Below are positions 19,474 through 27,819 of a DNA stretch of 64,000 nt, piece after piece. A program made the translations under genes and the position numbers. The notes below the pieces were generated by a model. It made no database searches and was not told where the DNA came from. It saw only the letters and a program-made list of their open reading frames with translations. This DNA is from an uncultured Spirochaetaceae bacterium (GTDB lineage Bacteria > Spirochaetota > Spirochaetia > DSM-27196 > SLST01). How positions within the stretch are numbered: position 1 is the stretch's first letter; each line of letters opens with the position of its first letter. Where the stretch lies: assembly GCA_964599075.1 (NCBI GenBank), contig CAZREG010000008.1, positions 8,972 through 72,971 on the forward strand. Reading direction: 5' to 3'.

Positions 19474-20457
19474 CTACACGCTCTGTTCCGGCACTAAAGA
19501 GCCGGCCAGTGACTCGATCCCGTTCAGAGCTTCACGGGAGAGGATTGCTTCAACGAGTCGCTCTGCCGCCCGGCAGGCAAGCCGTGAAACGGCGAGATCA
19601 ACGGTAGCAATTGGTGTTTCAAGCAGTGAGCGAACCGGCGCGTTGTCGTAACCGGTGACGCCCGCCGTTTCCGGAATGCGCCTCCCGAGACGCAACAGCC
19701 GTTCGGTGACCGCCACTGCAACAAGATCGTTGACGCAGACAAAGAGATCGAATCCCTCGCGAAGCGATTCTTGCATCCGATCGGTACACAGGGCGGCGAT
19801 GGTCGGGAGATGCAGCGACGGAGCGTGTTCAAGAAGTGCCACGCCGGATGAGCGAAGGGCGCTCAGCCGATAGCCTGCAACCGGTTGCTGCTCGTCGGTC
19901 GCAACGAAGAGGGCACGGGCGGACGGGCGTTTCTGTGCAATCCAGTTCCCCAGCTCGCGGAACCCTGACTGCGCATCATTTATCACCCCTGCACCGTAGT
20001 CGCTTCGTCGATTGATCAGAATAAACGGTATGTCGCGACTGGAGAGCGCCTGCATGGTCTTCTCATCCGGCTCACAGAAAGCGAAAATGCAGCCGTCAAT
20101 GTCTCCGAGCTTCTTCCCGGCAAACGGGGAGAGCGAATGATTGAGTGCCGCGATGGTGTGCGCCCGTCGGTCACCGAGCCCCTCATAGACACCGCCGAGC
20201 AGCTCTGCGGCATCGTAGAACAGGTGATACTCAGGCTGCGCCTTGTTCGGGAGAAAAACCACGACATTGAGAATGGAGCGTCCGCCGGGACGCCTGATCT
20301 GACGCTGCGAATAGCCAAGACTTCGCGCGACCGTAAGCACGTGTTCGCGGGTCTGTTCTCCAATGAGGGAGCTCCTGTTGAGTACTCGGGAGACGGTGCT
20401 GACGGATGTTTCAGCCGCCTGCGCTATGTCGTAGACGGTCACGCTCTTTGCTGCCAT
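19474..20457 (-). CDS. LacI family transcriptional regulator, first gene of the uronate operon
   Basis: TVYDIAQAAETSVSTVSRVLN HTH plus periplasmic-binding-type domain (VCVND.VA, VTGYDN). Start at 20457 inferred from the promoter position. Confidence 0.9.
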   Translation of the reverse strand: MAAKSVTVYDIAQAAETSVSTVSRVLNRSSLIGEQTREHVLTVARSLGYSQRQIRRPGGRSILNVVVFLPNKAQPEYHLFYDAAELLGGVYEGLGDRRAHTIAALNHSLSPFAGKKLGDIDGCIFAFCEPDEKTMQALSSRDIPFILINRRSDYGAGVINDAQSGFRELGNWIAQKRPSARALFVATDEQQPVAGYRLSALRSSGVALLEHAPSLHLPTIAALCTDRMQESLREGFDLFVCVNDLVAVAVTERLLRLGRRIPETAGVTGYDNAPVRSLLETPIATVDLAVSRLACRAAERLVEAILSREALNGIESLAGSLVPEQSV

Positions 20458-20498
20458 TTGTTGCATGCAACAATATCATAAAAATGATGGGTCTGCAA
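20458..20498 (-). promoter_or_regulatory. sigma70 promoter overlapped by a 16-bp palindromic operator
   Basis: Minus strand TTGCAG(20498-20493)-N17-TATTGT(20475-20470). Perfect palindrome TTGTTGCATGCAACAA at 20458-20473. Confidence 0.65.
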
Positions 20499-20533
20499 GC
20501 AAAATGGGGTATAAACAAGCGTGTTGGTAAACC

Positions 20534-22057
20534 TCAGATCCGCCCGTAGAGCTCACTCATCTCAAACAACCGCTCAGCAATCTCATCCGAGAGCTGCTGT
20601 GGGGTGAGTCTGAACTCCCAGTTACCGCCAAGCGTGCCGGGTGTGTTCATTCGAGCAGCGCTGCCAAGCCCCAGCAAGTCCTGAGCAGGCACCACGGCAA
20701 AGTGTGCCGGACTCTCAAGCGCTCCACGGATAAAGTCCCAGTGCGGCTCCTCTCCGGCACGCAGATAGTTGCACGCAAATCGTCGATCTGCCTCGGAAAC
20801 CGCCTCAAGCCACCCGACGATCGTGTCATTGTCGTGGGTTCCCGTGTACACAACCGCGTTTTGCTCGTATCGGTATGGGAGGTAGAGGTTTCGCTCACCG
20901 GCGTTAAACGCGAACTGGAGCACTTTCATACGGGCGAAACCGAAGGTCTCGATCAGCTCTACCACGTCCGGCGTGATGACTCCCAGGTCCTCAGCGATAA
21001 CGGGCAGACGGCCAAGCCGCTCTTCGGCAGCGCGAAACAGATCGTAGCCAGGCGAGGATATCCATTGTCCGTTGAGGGCAGTCTCCTCCCCGGCATCGAC
21101 CGACCAATACGCACTGAATCCGCGAAAGTGATCAATCCGCACATAGTCGTAGAGAGAGAACTTGCTCTCAAAGACCGATATCCACCAACTGAAGCGGTCC
21201 TCCTGGTGGGCGTCCCAGTTGTAGATTGGGTTCCCCCAGAGCTGACCGGTTGCGCTAAAGTAATCTGGAGGGACCCCGGCAACTACGGTGGGATTTCCGG
21301 ACTCATCGAGATAGAAGAGATCCCGATTTGCCCACACGTCTGCACTGTCGTGTGCGACAAAGATGGGTAGATCGCCCATGACTCGAATGCCATGCGCCGC
21401 AGCCACGGCACGGATCTCACTCCACTGGGTATGGAAGACCCACTGCAGAAACTTCACCAGGGAGATGTGGTCGCGATGCTCTGCGGCGAACGTCTGAAGC
21501 GCTTGCGGGTAGCGATCGCGAAGGGGAATCTCCCACTCGGTCCACGGTCTGCCCGCGTGGTACTCCTTTATGGCAACAAAGAGCGCGTAGTCATGGAGCC
21601 AGCCCGCCTGCAGCCGCTCAAAGCGCGCAAGCTTAGCCCGCTGTGCCTGATCGGCTCTCGCGAGAAATCCGCTGTAGCTGATTCGAAGCCGCTCCTGTTT
21701 CCACGGTATAAGCGATCCGTAGTCAACCCGTGATCCGGGTCCCGGGGAATCCTTCAGCTCGGAGGCCTTCAGATAGCCGGCCTCAACCAGCGGCTCCAGT
21801 CCGATCAGCATGGCATTGCCGGCGAGCGCACTGAGGCACTGATAGGGAGAGTCTCCGTAGCCGGTGGGCCCGAGCGGACAGACCTGCCACAGGCGCTGTC
21901 CGGAACGGATAAGAAAATCTATGAATGCGTGAGCCTCCGGTCCGAACGAGCCGATCCCATGTTCACCGGCAAGCGAGCTTGGATGGAGCAACACCCCGGA
22001 GCTGCGGGGGGATGAGAGGATTGAATGATCAATACCATCGGTTCGGCTCATATTCAC
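20534..22057 (-). CDS. malQ: 4-alpha-glucanotransferase (GH77)
   Basis: SGVLLHPSSL, WQVCPLGPTGYGDSPY, GDLPIFVAHDSADVW, RIDHFRGF, IAEDLG, YTGTHDNDT, RMNTPG. Confidence 0.96.
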   Translation of the reverse strand: MNMSRTDGIDHSILSSPRSSGVLLHPSSLAGEHGIGSFGPEAHAFIDFLIRSGQRLWQVCPLGPTGYGDSPYQCLSALAGNAMLIGLEPLVEAGYLKASELKDSPGPGSRVDYGSLIPWKQERLRISYSGFLARADQAQRAKLARFERLQAGWLHDYALFVAIKEYHAGRPWTEWEIPLRDRYPQALQTFAAEHRDHISLVKFLQWVFHTQWSEIRAVAAAHGIRVMGDLPIFVAHDSADVWANRDLFYLDESGNPTVVAGVPPDYFSATGQLWGNPIYNWDAHQEDRFSWWISVFESKFSLYDYVRIDHFRGFSAYWSVDAGEETALNGQWISSPGYDLFRAAEERLGRLPVIAEDLGVITPDVVELIETFGFARMKVLQFAFNAGERNLYLPYRYEQNAVVYTGTHDNDTIVGWLEAVSEADRRFACNYLRAGEEPHWDFIRGALESPAHFAVVPAQDLLGLGSAARMNTPGTLGGNWEFRLTPQQLSDEIAERLFEMSELYGRI

Positions 22058-23139
22058 GAGTGCACGGGCGAGACGGCGATCCGAACGGCATCTCGCTGGG
22101 CGGTCAGGCAGAGCTCGGCTGCCTTGAAGGTGTGCTCCTGCCCCATCGCCAGATCGGTCCCGTCAAGAGAGTCTCTGATAAGCCGCCCGAAGTACGGGAA
22201 GCCGATCTGCCCTCCAACAGAGAAGCGTTTCTCACCCTCATGGTTTGCAAGCAGGACGTGGTCGCCCCGCTTCTCAGTTGCAAGATCGACATACTTGCGA
22301 AGCTCCAGGTAACCGTCGGTCCCCAGGATAAAGGTCCGACCATCGCCCCACGTTGAGAGTCCGTCAGGGGTGAACCAATCGACTCGGAAGTAGTTCGTGG
22401 CGCCGTTGTCCGCCACGAGAGTCGCGTCGCCAAAGTCCTCGAGCTCAGGGTAGCGCGGATGATTGAAGTTGGCCACCTTGCTGTGCAGCACGCGAGCATC
22501 GGTGGCGCCGGAGTAGTAGAGAAACTGTTCAATCTGATGGCTTCCAATGTCAGTAAGAATTCCGCCGTAGCGCTCCTTCTTGAAAAACCAGTCCGGTCGG
22601 CTATCTGCGCCAAGCCGGTGCGGTCCCATGCCTATCACCTGAATCACTGTCCCAATGGCACCCTCTTGAATCAGATCGCCGGCAAAGATCGCTGCCTCGT
22701 TCTGCACGCGCTCGCTGTAACAGACCGCCCAGATGAGCCCGGTCTGTTCAACCTTCGCGCGAGCTGCCGAAAGCTGTTCGAACGTGGTGAACGGCGCTTT
22801 GTCCGAGAGATAGTGCTTTCCGTGGTCCATGACGCGAAGGCCGAGTGGACCTCTGTCTGCCGTCACTGCGGCGGAAGCCACCATACGGATTGACTGATCT
22901 TCGAGGACCTCTTCCTCTGAGCGCGCAGCTCTTGCTCCGGGGAACTCTCCAAGAAACTTCTCAAGCTTGCGAGGATCCGGATCGTAGACCAAAGCCAGGT
23001 CGGCTCCCGCATCCACCAGTCCGTGGGCCATACCGTAGATGTGCCCGTGATCAAGGCCAACTGCCGCGAAAGAGAACTCACCGGGTCCGACGACCGGCTC
23101 GGCTTTGCCGCGCGGAGCGTAATTCATTCCATCTGACAT
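22054..23139 (-). CDS. Gfo/Idh/MocA family oxidoreductase
   Basis: GLDHGHIYGM, LSDKAP, GPHR, YGGILTDIGSHQ, VDWFTPDGL.TWGDGR. Confidence 0.88.
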   Translation of the reverse strand: MSDGMNYAPRGKAEPVVGPGEFSFAAVGLDHGHIYGMAHGLVDAGADLALVYDPDPRKLEKFLGEFPGARAARSEEEVLEDQSIRMVASAAVTADRGPLGLRVMDHGKHYLSDKAPFTTFEQLSAARAKVEQTGLIWAVCYSERVQNEAAIFAGDLIQEGAIGTVIQVIGMGPHRLGADSRPDWFFKKERYGGILTDIGSHQIEQFLYYSGATDARVLHSKVANFNHPRYPELEDFGDATLVADNGATNYFRVDWFTPDGLSTWGDGRTFILGTDGYLELRKYVDLATEKRGDHVLLANHEGEKRFSVGGQIGFPYFGRLIRDSLDGTDLAMGQEHTFKAAELCLTAQRDAVRIAVSPVHS

Positions 23140-23771
23140 TACTTCTTCTTCCTTTTGTTCGGCCGTTTGTGCTTGACTTCAACGGCGCCAAAGATAGCAG
23201 CGCCATCGACGCGGATAACCGGGGCATCCGGAGCATAGGATTCCGATTTTTCGTTCCCCTCGAACGCACCAAAAATTCCGCCTCCGTTCGCCTCAATCCG
23301 GACACCTTCAGGAACCACGATCTCCACCCCGCCGAACATGGCAAACGCAACGATATGCATGCCACCAGGAGGAATCCGCGCATTCGAAAGATCGATGTCG
23401 CTTCCACCAAAAACGGCAATGGTGTGCAGTTTACGCGGCGGGTTCCAGACACCCTTTCGTTCGGTCCCGGAGAAGATCGCCACGAGAGTCCCCGATTCAG
23501 AAACCTGATCGTGGTTGGTCAGGTACCCGTGGCCGCTGTCGGAAGCCTGCGCAGCACGTCCATCCGCTGTAACGGGAGCATTCGGGGATCCGGCTACCGG
23601 CAGATCGATGATAAGAGCGCGTAGATTCGCATGGGTATCCGCGCTTGTCGCACTCTCTATTCGCTGCTCAAACTCGTCCTGACTGAGGTAGTCACGGGAG
23701 TAGCTTGCTGAAAGCTGCTCAATAACTTGCTCACGCAGGCGCTCCAGCGAGTTGTGGGAGGAGTCGCTCAT
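23139..23771 (-). CDS. DUF1707 (SHOCT-like) plus LiaF/DUF2154-like C-terminal domain protein
   Basis: REQVIEQLSASY...LSQDEFEQRIESA...LIIDLP, then AIFSG..RKG.W, AVFGGSDIDL, AMFGGVEIVVPEG. Confidence 0.8.
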   Translation of the reverse strand: MSDSSHNSLERLREQVIEQLSASYSRDYLSQDEFEQRIESATSADTHANLRALIIDLPVAGSPNAPVTADGRAAQASDSGHGYLTNHDQVSESGTLVAIFSGTERKGVWNPPRKLHTIAVFGGSDIDLSNARIPPGGMHIVAFAMFGGVEIVVPEGVRIEANGGGIFGAFEGNEKSESYAPDAPVIRVDGAAIFGAVEVKHKRPNKRKKK

Positions 23772-23778
23772 AGAAGGC

Positions 23779-23808
23779 AGTATAAGGGTAACCGTACGAT
23801 TCTGTCAC
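23779..23808 (-). promoter_or_regulatory. Putative leaderless promoter of the DUF1707-Gfo-malQ operon
   Basis: GTGACA-N18-TATACT-N7-ATG(23771), no SD. Confidence 0.55.
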
Positions 23809-23819
23809 GAACACAGAGT

Positions 23820-23848
23820 TTGACAGAGCGCAATACGGAGAATACCCT
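23820..23848 (+). promoter_or_regulatory. Putative leaderless promoter of rmuC-polB-SMUG1
   Basis: TTGACA(23820-23825)-N17-TACCCT(23843-23848)-N6-ATG(23855), no SD. Confidence 0.65.
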
Positions 23849-23854
23849 CCGGGT

Positions 23855-24679
23855 ATGACCTCGCAGCTCGTTCTCGTCATTGTCATTGCGGCGGTGGCCG
23901 TCAGTGTGGTTGTCGTTGCTCTGCTGTTCGCTGCGAGGAGCAAGGCCGCACCAGCAGGCGAAACGGCGCTGCTTGCTCAGATGGAACAGGTTCGGGGCGA
24001 ATTACGCGAGCTCTCAGAGCTCTTCCTGGTTCCACGACGCCGCGGCGCGGTCGGTGAAACGCTACTCCACGAGCTTCTCAGGAGCTGGCTTCCGGAACAG
24101 GGATATGAGCTTCAGTTCGCATTCCCGAACGGTACCCGTGCGGACGCGGTGATCCGTCTTGGCTCGCGGCTTGTTGTTGTTGACAGTAAGTATCCCCAGG
24201 AGGCGGTAACCGCACACAGCGGCGAGGTGCTCTCCGGCGAGCTGCGTCGGGCCATTACCAGGCACATCGGTGATATCGCCGTGAAGTACATCCAGCCGGA
24301 CGCCGGCACCATGCCGTTCGCGCTTATGTACGTGCCTTCCGAACGGATCTATCTTGAGCTCTTTGCTTCACGCGATCCCACACTGATGCAGGCCGCGCTT
24401 TCGAACAACGTGGTGCCCGTCAGCCCGTCCACGCTCTTTGTCTACGTACAGACCGTGGCGTACGGGCTTCGTGGTCTCGCGCTCTCAGAGCGCAGCGAGC
24501 GTTTGCTGAAGAACATGGAACAGCTGCAGGCCGAGCTATCTGGATTCACGAAACGGTTTGACGTAGCTCAGACTCACCTCCGTAATCTCAGCCGTGCATT
24601 TGATGAGGCCGGGGCCCATCTCACCCGGGTGGACCGGGCGGCACGAATGATGCAGCTTGAGGAACGGGAATCAGAGTGA
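23855..24679 (+). CDS. rmuC: RmuC-family protein (short form, N-terminal TM anchor)
   Basis: RGAVGE..L..LL, RADAVIRL...VVVDSKYP, YIQP..GT..FALMYVPSE.IY, VSPSTL. Confidence 0.85.
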   Translation: MTSQLVLVIVIAAVAVSVVVVALLFAARSKAAPAGETALLAQMEQVRGELRELSELFLVPRRRGAVGETLLHELLRSWLPEQGYELQFAFPNGTRADAVIRLGSRLVVVDSKYPQEAVTAHSGEVLSGELRRAITRHIGDIAVKYIQPDAGTMPFALMYVPSERIYLELFASRDPTLMQAALSNNVVPVSPSTLFVYVQTVAYGLRGLALSERSERLLKNMEQLQAELSGFTKRFDVAQTHLRNLSRAFDEAGAHLTRVDRAARMMQLEERESE

Positions 24680-27072
24680 CGGTGACCGGCTTCATCGTCC
24701 ACAGTCTTGTTCAGAATCCCTCGAATCAGACCGGCTCCCGGCTTGCCATGATTGGTCGTGCCACCGACGGTTCAACGTTCGCCGCAGTGGTCGAGCCCTA
24801 CTTCCCCCCGCTCTACATTCGGCAGAGCGACCAGGACAAGATTGCCGGCCCTCCTCCTGAGAGGGTCGCCAGAACGGACCGATCGACCATTGACGGCGAG
24901 GCGGTCGTTCGTTGTGAGTATCAATCGCTGTACGAGCTGCGCAGTGCCGGCAACGCCTTCGCTTCAGCCGGGGTGCGAACCTATGAAGCAGATCTTTCTC
25001 AGTGTGAGCCGTATCTGCTCGACCACCACATTCGCGGCACCGTGAGAATCGAAGGGGACGCAGTCAGTGGCCACACCGTAGATCACGTGTTCATCAACTC
25101 CCGGGTTGCACCGATCAGTGCGGAGGTTGCCCTGTCAACTCTATCTCTCGACATTGAGACTGAGCCGCAGACGAACGAGATCCTGGCCATTGGTCTTCAG
25201 GGCGAAAGTCCATGGCGAGAGCCGCTGAGTGAGGTGCTGTACAACGGCACTGCGGACGCCCCGGAGATCACCGCGGTGGCAGGCGAGAGAGATCTACTCG
25301 AGCGCTTTGTGACCCGGGTACGGGAGTTTGATCCGGACATCATAACCGGCTGGAACGTCATTGAGTTCGATCTTGCCGTAATCGCCGAGCGGGCAAAAGC
25401 GCTGGGTGTGGAGCTCGGTTTCTCCCGGGCGCCGCAGCCTGCAGAGTTCCTGCCCTCGTGGACCGCAGCCGACGGACGGCGGCAGGCGGCAAGCTTCATC
25501 TGCCCGGGGCGCCAGGCGCTCGACGGGCTGCGACTGGTCCGATACGGCCCGCAACAGTACGGCGATCGAAAGCTCGACAGCGTCGCACAGGCGGTGCTCG
25601 GGCGGGGAAAAACGATAGATCAGGGAACGAGTGCCGAGAAGCTGAGAACGCTCAGAGAGCTTCGGCAGAGAGACCCGGTCACCTTCTGTCGCTACTGCCT
25701 GAATGATGCCGAACTGGTGTTGAGAATACTCGAGAAGACCGGCCTTCTCTCACTCACCATCCAACGCACTGCGCTCACCGGCGTGGGGCTGCACCGCGCA
25801 TGGACCAGCATCCCTGCGTTCGAGTTCCTCTACATGGAAGAGATGCATGCCCGCGGTCTCGTGGCCCCCACGCTCGGCGTGGACAGACTCCCGCAGGGAG
25901 AAGCGCCCGGCGGGGCCATCCTCAAGCCCCACCCCGGACTCTTCTCCGACGTCCTTGTGTTTGACTTCAAGAGCCTCTATCCATCCATCATCAGAACCTT
26001 CGCCATAGATCCGGTTGGGTACCGCGGTACGGATGAGGGCTATCCGGAGGGAACGCCGCCCCCGGCAGACGAGCAGGTAGTGGTGGCGCCGAACGGTGCG
26101 AGGTTCTCAAGAGAGGGAGCAATCCTGCCTTCCATTATTGACAGATTCTGGCAGGAGCGGGACGCGGCCAAGAGCCGATCAGACAGTGTGGCCAGTTACG
26201 TCTACAAGATTGTGATGAACTCATTCTATGGTGTACTGGGCACCTCAGGCTGCCGGTTTGCCGGCCGGGCGATTGCCGGTGCCATCACCAGCTTCGGGCA
26301 GTACATCCTGCGCTGGTCGCGCGACCAATTCGTCCGGTTTGGCTGCACCGTCATATACGGTGACACTGACTCGCTCTTTGTTCTCACTCCCGACACAAAT
26401 GAGCTCAGCGCGGAAGCTCTGTGCCGGCGGTTAAATGATGATCTTGCACGCTTCATCCGTGAACATTTTGGTGTAGAATCGCAGCTTGAGCTCGAGTTCG
26501 AGAAAGAGTACCGCCGCTTCTATTTGCCGACCGTTCGACACGTTGCCGGGAGTGAAGCCCGCGGGCGTGCCAAGGGATACGCCGGGCAACCGCTGGACAG
26601 GAACGGTACTGCGCTTCCCGTGGAGATCCGGGGCATGGAGGCTGCTCGAAGTGACTGGACACCGGTGGCCGCACAGTTCCAGCGCGAGCTGCTGGAGATG
26701 CTCTTCTCAGACGCGGGGCCTGAGGCGATCGGCACCCGAATCGGGGAACAGGTCCGGGCGGTGCGCGAGGGTGAGATTGATGCCGCGCTCGTCTATTCGA
26801 GGCGGCTGCGAAAGAGCGTTGCATCGTACACAAAGAGCTCCCCGCCCCACGTCCAGGCTGCGCGCCTTCTCCCGGAGGAGGAGCAGGAAGGGACGATCGA
26901 CTACGTGATCACTGTTGAGGGACCTCAGCCGGCCGGGCGCAGGCACGCTAAGATCGACTACGAGCACTATGTGGAAAGGCAGCTACGACCAATCGCAGAG
27001 CCGATCTGCGAGGTAGCCGGGGTGGACGCGAGATCACTGTTCGACCCGTCACAACAACTCTCACTGTTTTGA
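24676..27072 (+). CDS. polB: Family B DNA polymerase (Pol II type) with intact proofreading motifs
   Basis: Exo I SLDIET, Exo II TGWNVIEFDL, Exo III YCLNDAEL. Polymerase motifs DFKSLYPSII, KIVMNSFYGVLG, YGDTDS. Pol II-like C-terminus ending QLSLF. Confidence 0.93.
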   Translation: MTVTGFIVHSLVQNPSNQTGSRLAMIGRATDGSTFAAVVEPYFPPLYIRQSDQDKIAGPPPERVARTDRSTIDGEAVVRCEYQSLYELRSAGNAFASAGVRTYEADLSQCEPYLLDHHIRGTVRIEGDAVSGHTVDHVFINSRVAPISAEVALSTLSLDIETEPQTNEILAIGLQGESPWREPLSEVLYNGTADAPEITAVAGERDLLERFVTRVREFDPDIITGWNVIEFDLAVIAERAKALGVELGFSRAPQPAEFLPSWTAADGRRQAASFICPGRQALDGLRLVRYGPQQYGDRKLDSVAQAVLGRGKTIDQGTSAEKLRTLRELRQRDPVTFCRYCLNDAELVLRILEKTGLLSLTIQRTALTGVGLHRAWTSIPAFEFLYMEEMHARGLVAPTLGVDRLPQGEAPGGAILKPHPGLFSDVLVFDFKSLYPSIIRTFAIDPVGYRGTDEGYPEGTPPPADEQVVVAPNGARFSREGAILPSIIDRFWQERDAAKSRSDSVASYVYKIVMNSFYGVLGTSGCRFAGRAIAGAITSFGQYILRWSRDQFVRFGCTVIYGDTDSLFVLTPDTNELSAEALCRRLNDDLARFIREHFGVESQLELEFEKEYRRFYLPTVRHVAGSEARGRAKGYAGQPLDRNGTALPVEIRGMEAARSDWTPVAAQFQRELLEMLFSDAGPEAIGTRIGEQVRAVREGEIDAALVYSRRLRKSVASYTKSSPPHVQAARLLPEEEQEGTIDYVITVEGPQPAGRRHAKIDYEHYVERQLRPIAEPICEVAGVDARSLFDPSQQLSLF

Positions 27073-27081
27073 GGAGACTCT

Positions 27082-27819
27082 ATGGCAACGACTGCAGCAC
27101 AGAGGATTCTGCGGGATTCACAGGAACTTACTAACGCTCTCGCGCGCCTCTCCTTTTCGCCTCCGGTGAGCTCCGTCTACAATCCACTGGTCTATGCCCG
27201 GGCAAGCTGGAAGGCCTACCACGAACGATTCGCGAATGAGAAGTGCAGAGTGCTCTTCCTGGGGATGAACCCCGGTCCGTGGGGCATGGCACAGACGGGA
27301 ATCCCATTCGGGGAGGTTGGGGCAGTCCGAACGTGGATTGGAATCGAAGAGACGGTTGGAAAACCGCCTCGGGAGCACCCGGCCCGACCGATTGAGGGAT
27401 TCGGATGCAGCCGGAGCGAAGTAAGCGGTCGCCGGCTCTGGGGACTCATGAAGGAGCGGTTCGGCACGGCCGATCGCTTCTTTGCCGATCACTTCGTCGC
27501 GAACTACTGTCCGCTCGTCTTTATGGGCGAGAGCGGTAGAAACATCACCCCTGACAAACTGCTTGCCGACGAACGGGCACCGCTGTTTAAAGCGTGTGAC
27601 GCGTTCCTTCAAGCGGTGGTGCACGCACTCGAACCGCAATTCGTGGTGGGAGTCGGCAAGTTTGCAACCGGACGAGCGGAGACCGCTCTCTCATCTCTGC
27701 GGCAGAAACCGACCGTCCTCTCCGTTCTCCATCCAAGCCCCGCAAGCCCCGCGGCGAATCGTGACTGGGCAGGAGCCGCGACCCGCAGCCTTATCGAATC
27801 GGGCGTCTGGCAAGGGTGA
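27082..27819 (+). CDS. SMUG1-type (family 3) uracil-DNA glycosylase
   Basis: YNPLVYA, FLGMNPGPWGMAQTG.PFG, RSEVSG.RLW, NYCPL, HPSPASP. Confidence 0.93.
   Translation: MATTAAQRILRDSQELTNALARLSFSPPVSSVYNPLVYARASWKAYHERFANEKCRVLFLGMNPGPWGMAQTGIPFGEVGAVRTWIGIEETVGKPPREHPARPIEGFGCSRSEVSGRRLWGLMKERFGTADRFFADHFVANYCPLVFMGESGRNITPDKLLADERAPLFKACDAFLQAVVHALEPQFVVGVGKFATGRAETALSSLRQKPTVLSVLHPSPASPAANRDWAGAATRSLIESGVWQG

Noticed and set aside
22845-23624. Long alternative ORFs such as 22845-23624(+), 32138-33136(+), 50220-51068(-), 62273-63232(+)
   Set aside because: They lie antisense to well-supported genes, have no motifs, and are expected shadow ORFs in GC-rich DNA.
23808-23823. CGAAC-ACAGA-GTTTG as a LexA box upstream of rmuC-polB
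   Set aside because: Spacing and the second half-site do not match the CGAAC-N4-GTTCG consensus or other SOS boxes I know.
24676-27072. PolB as marker of a self-synthesising mobile element (pipolin/casposon/phage)
   Set aside because: It has a Pol II-type sequence with a clamp-binding tail. There is no integrase, Cas1, terminal repeat or obvious compositional shift.
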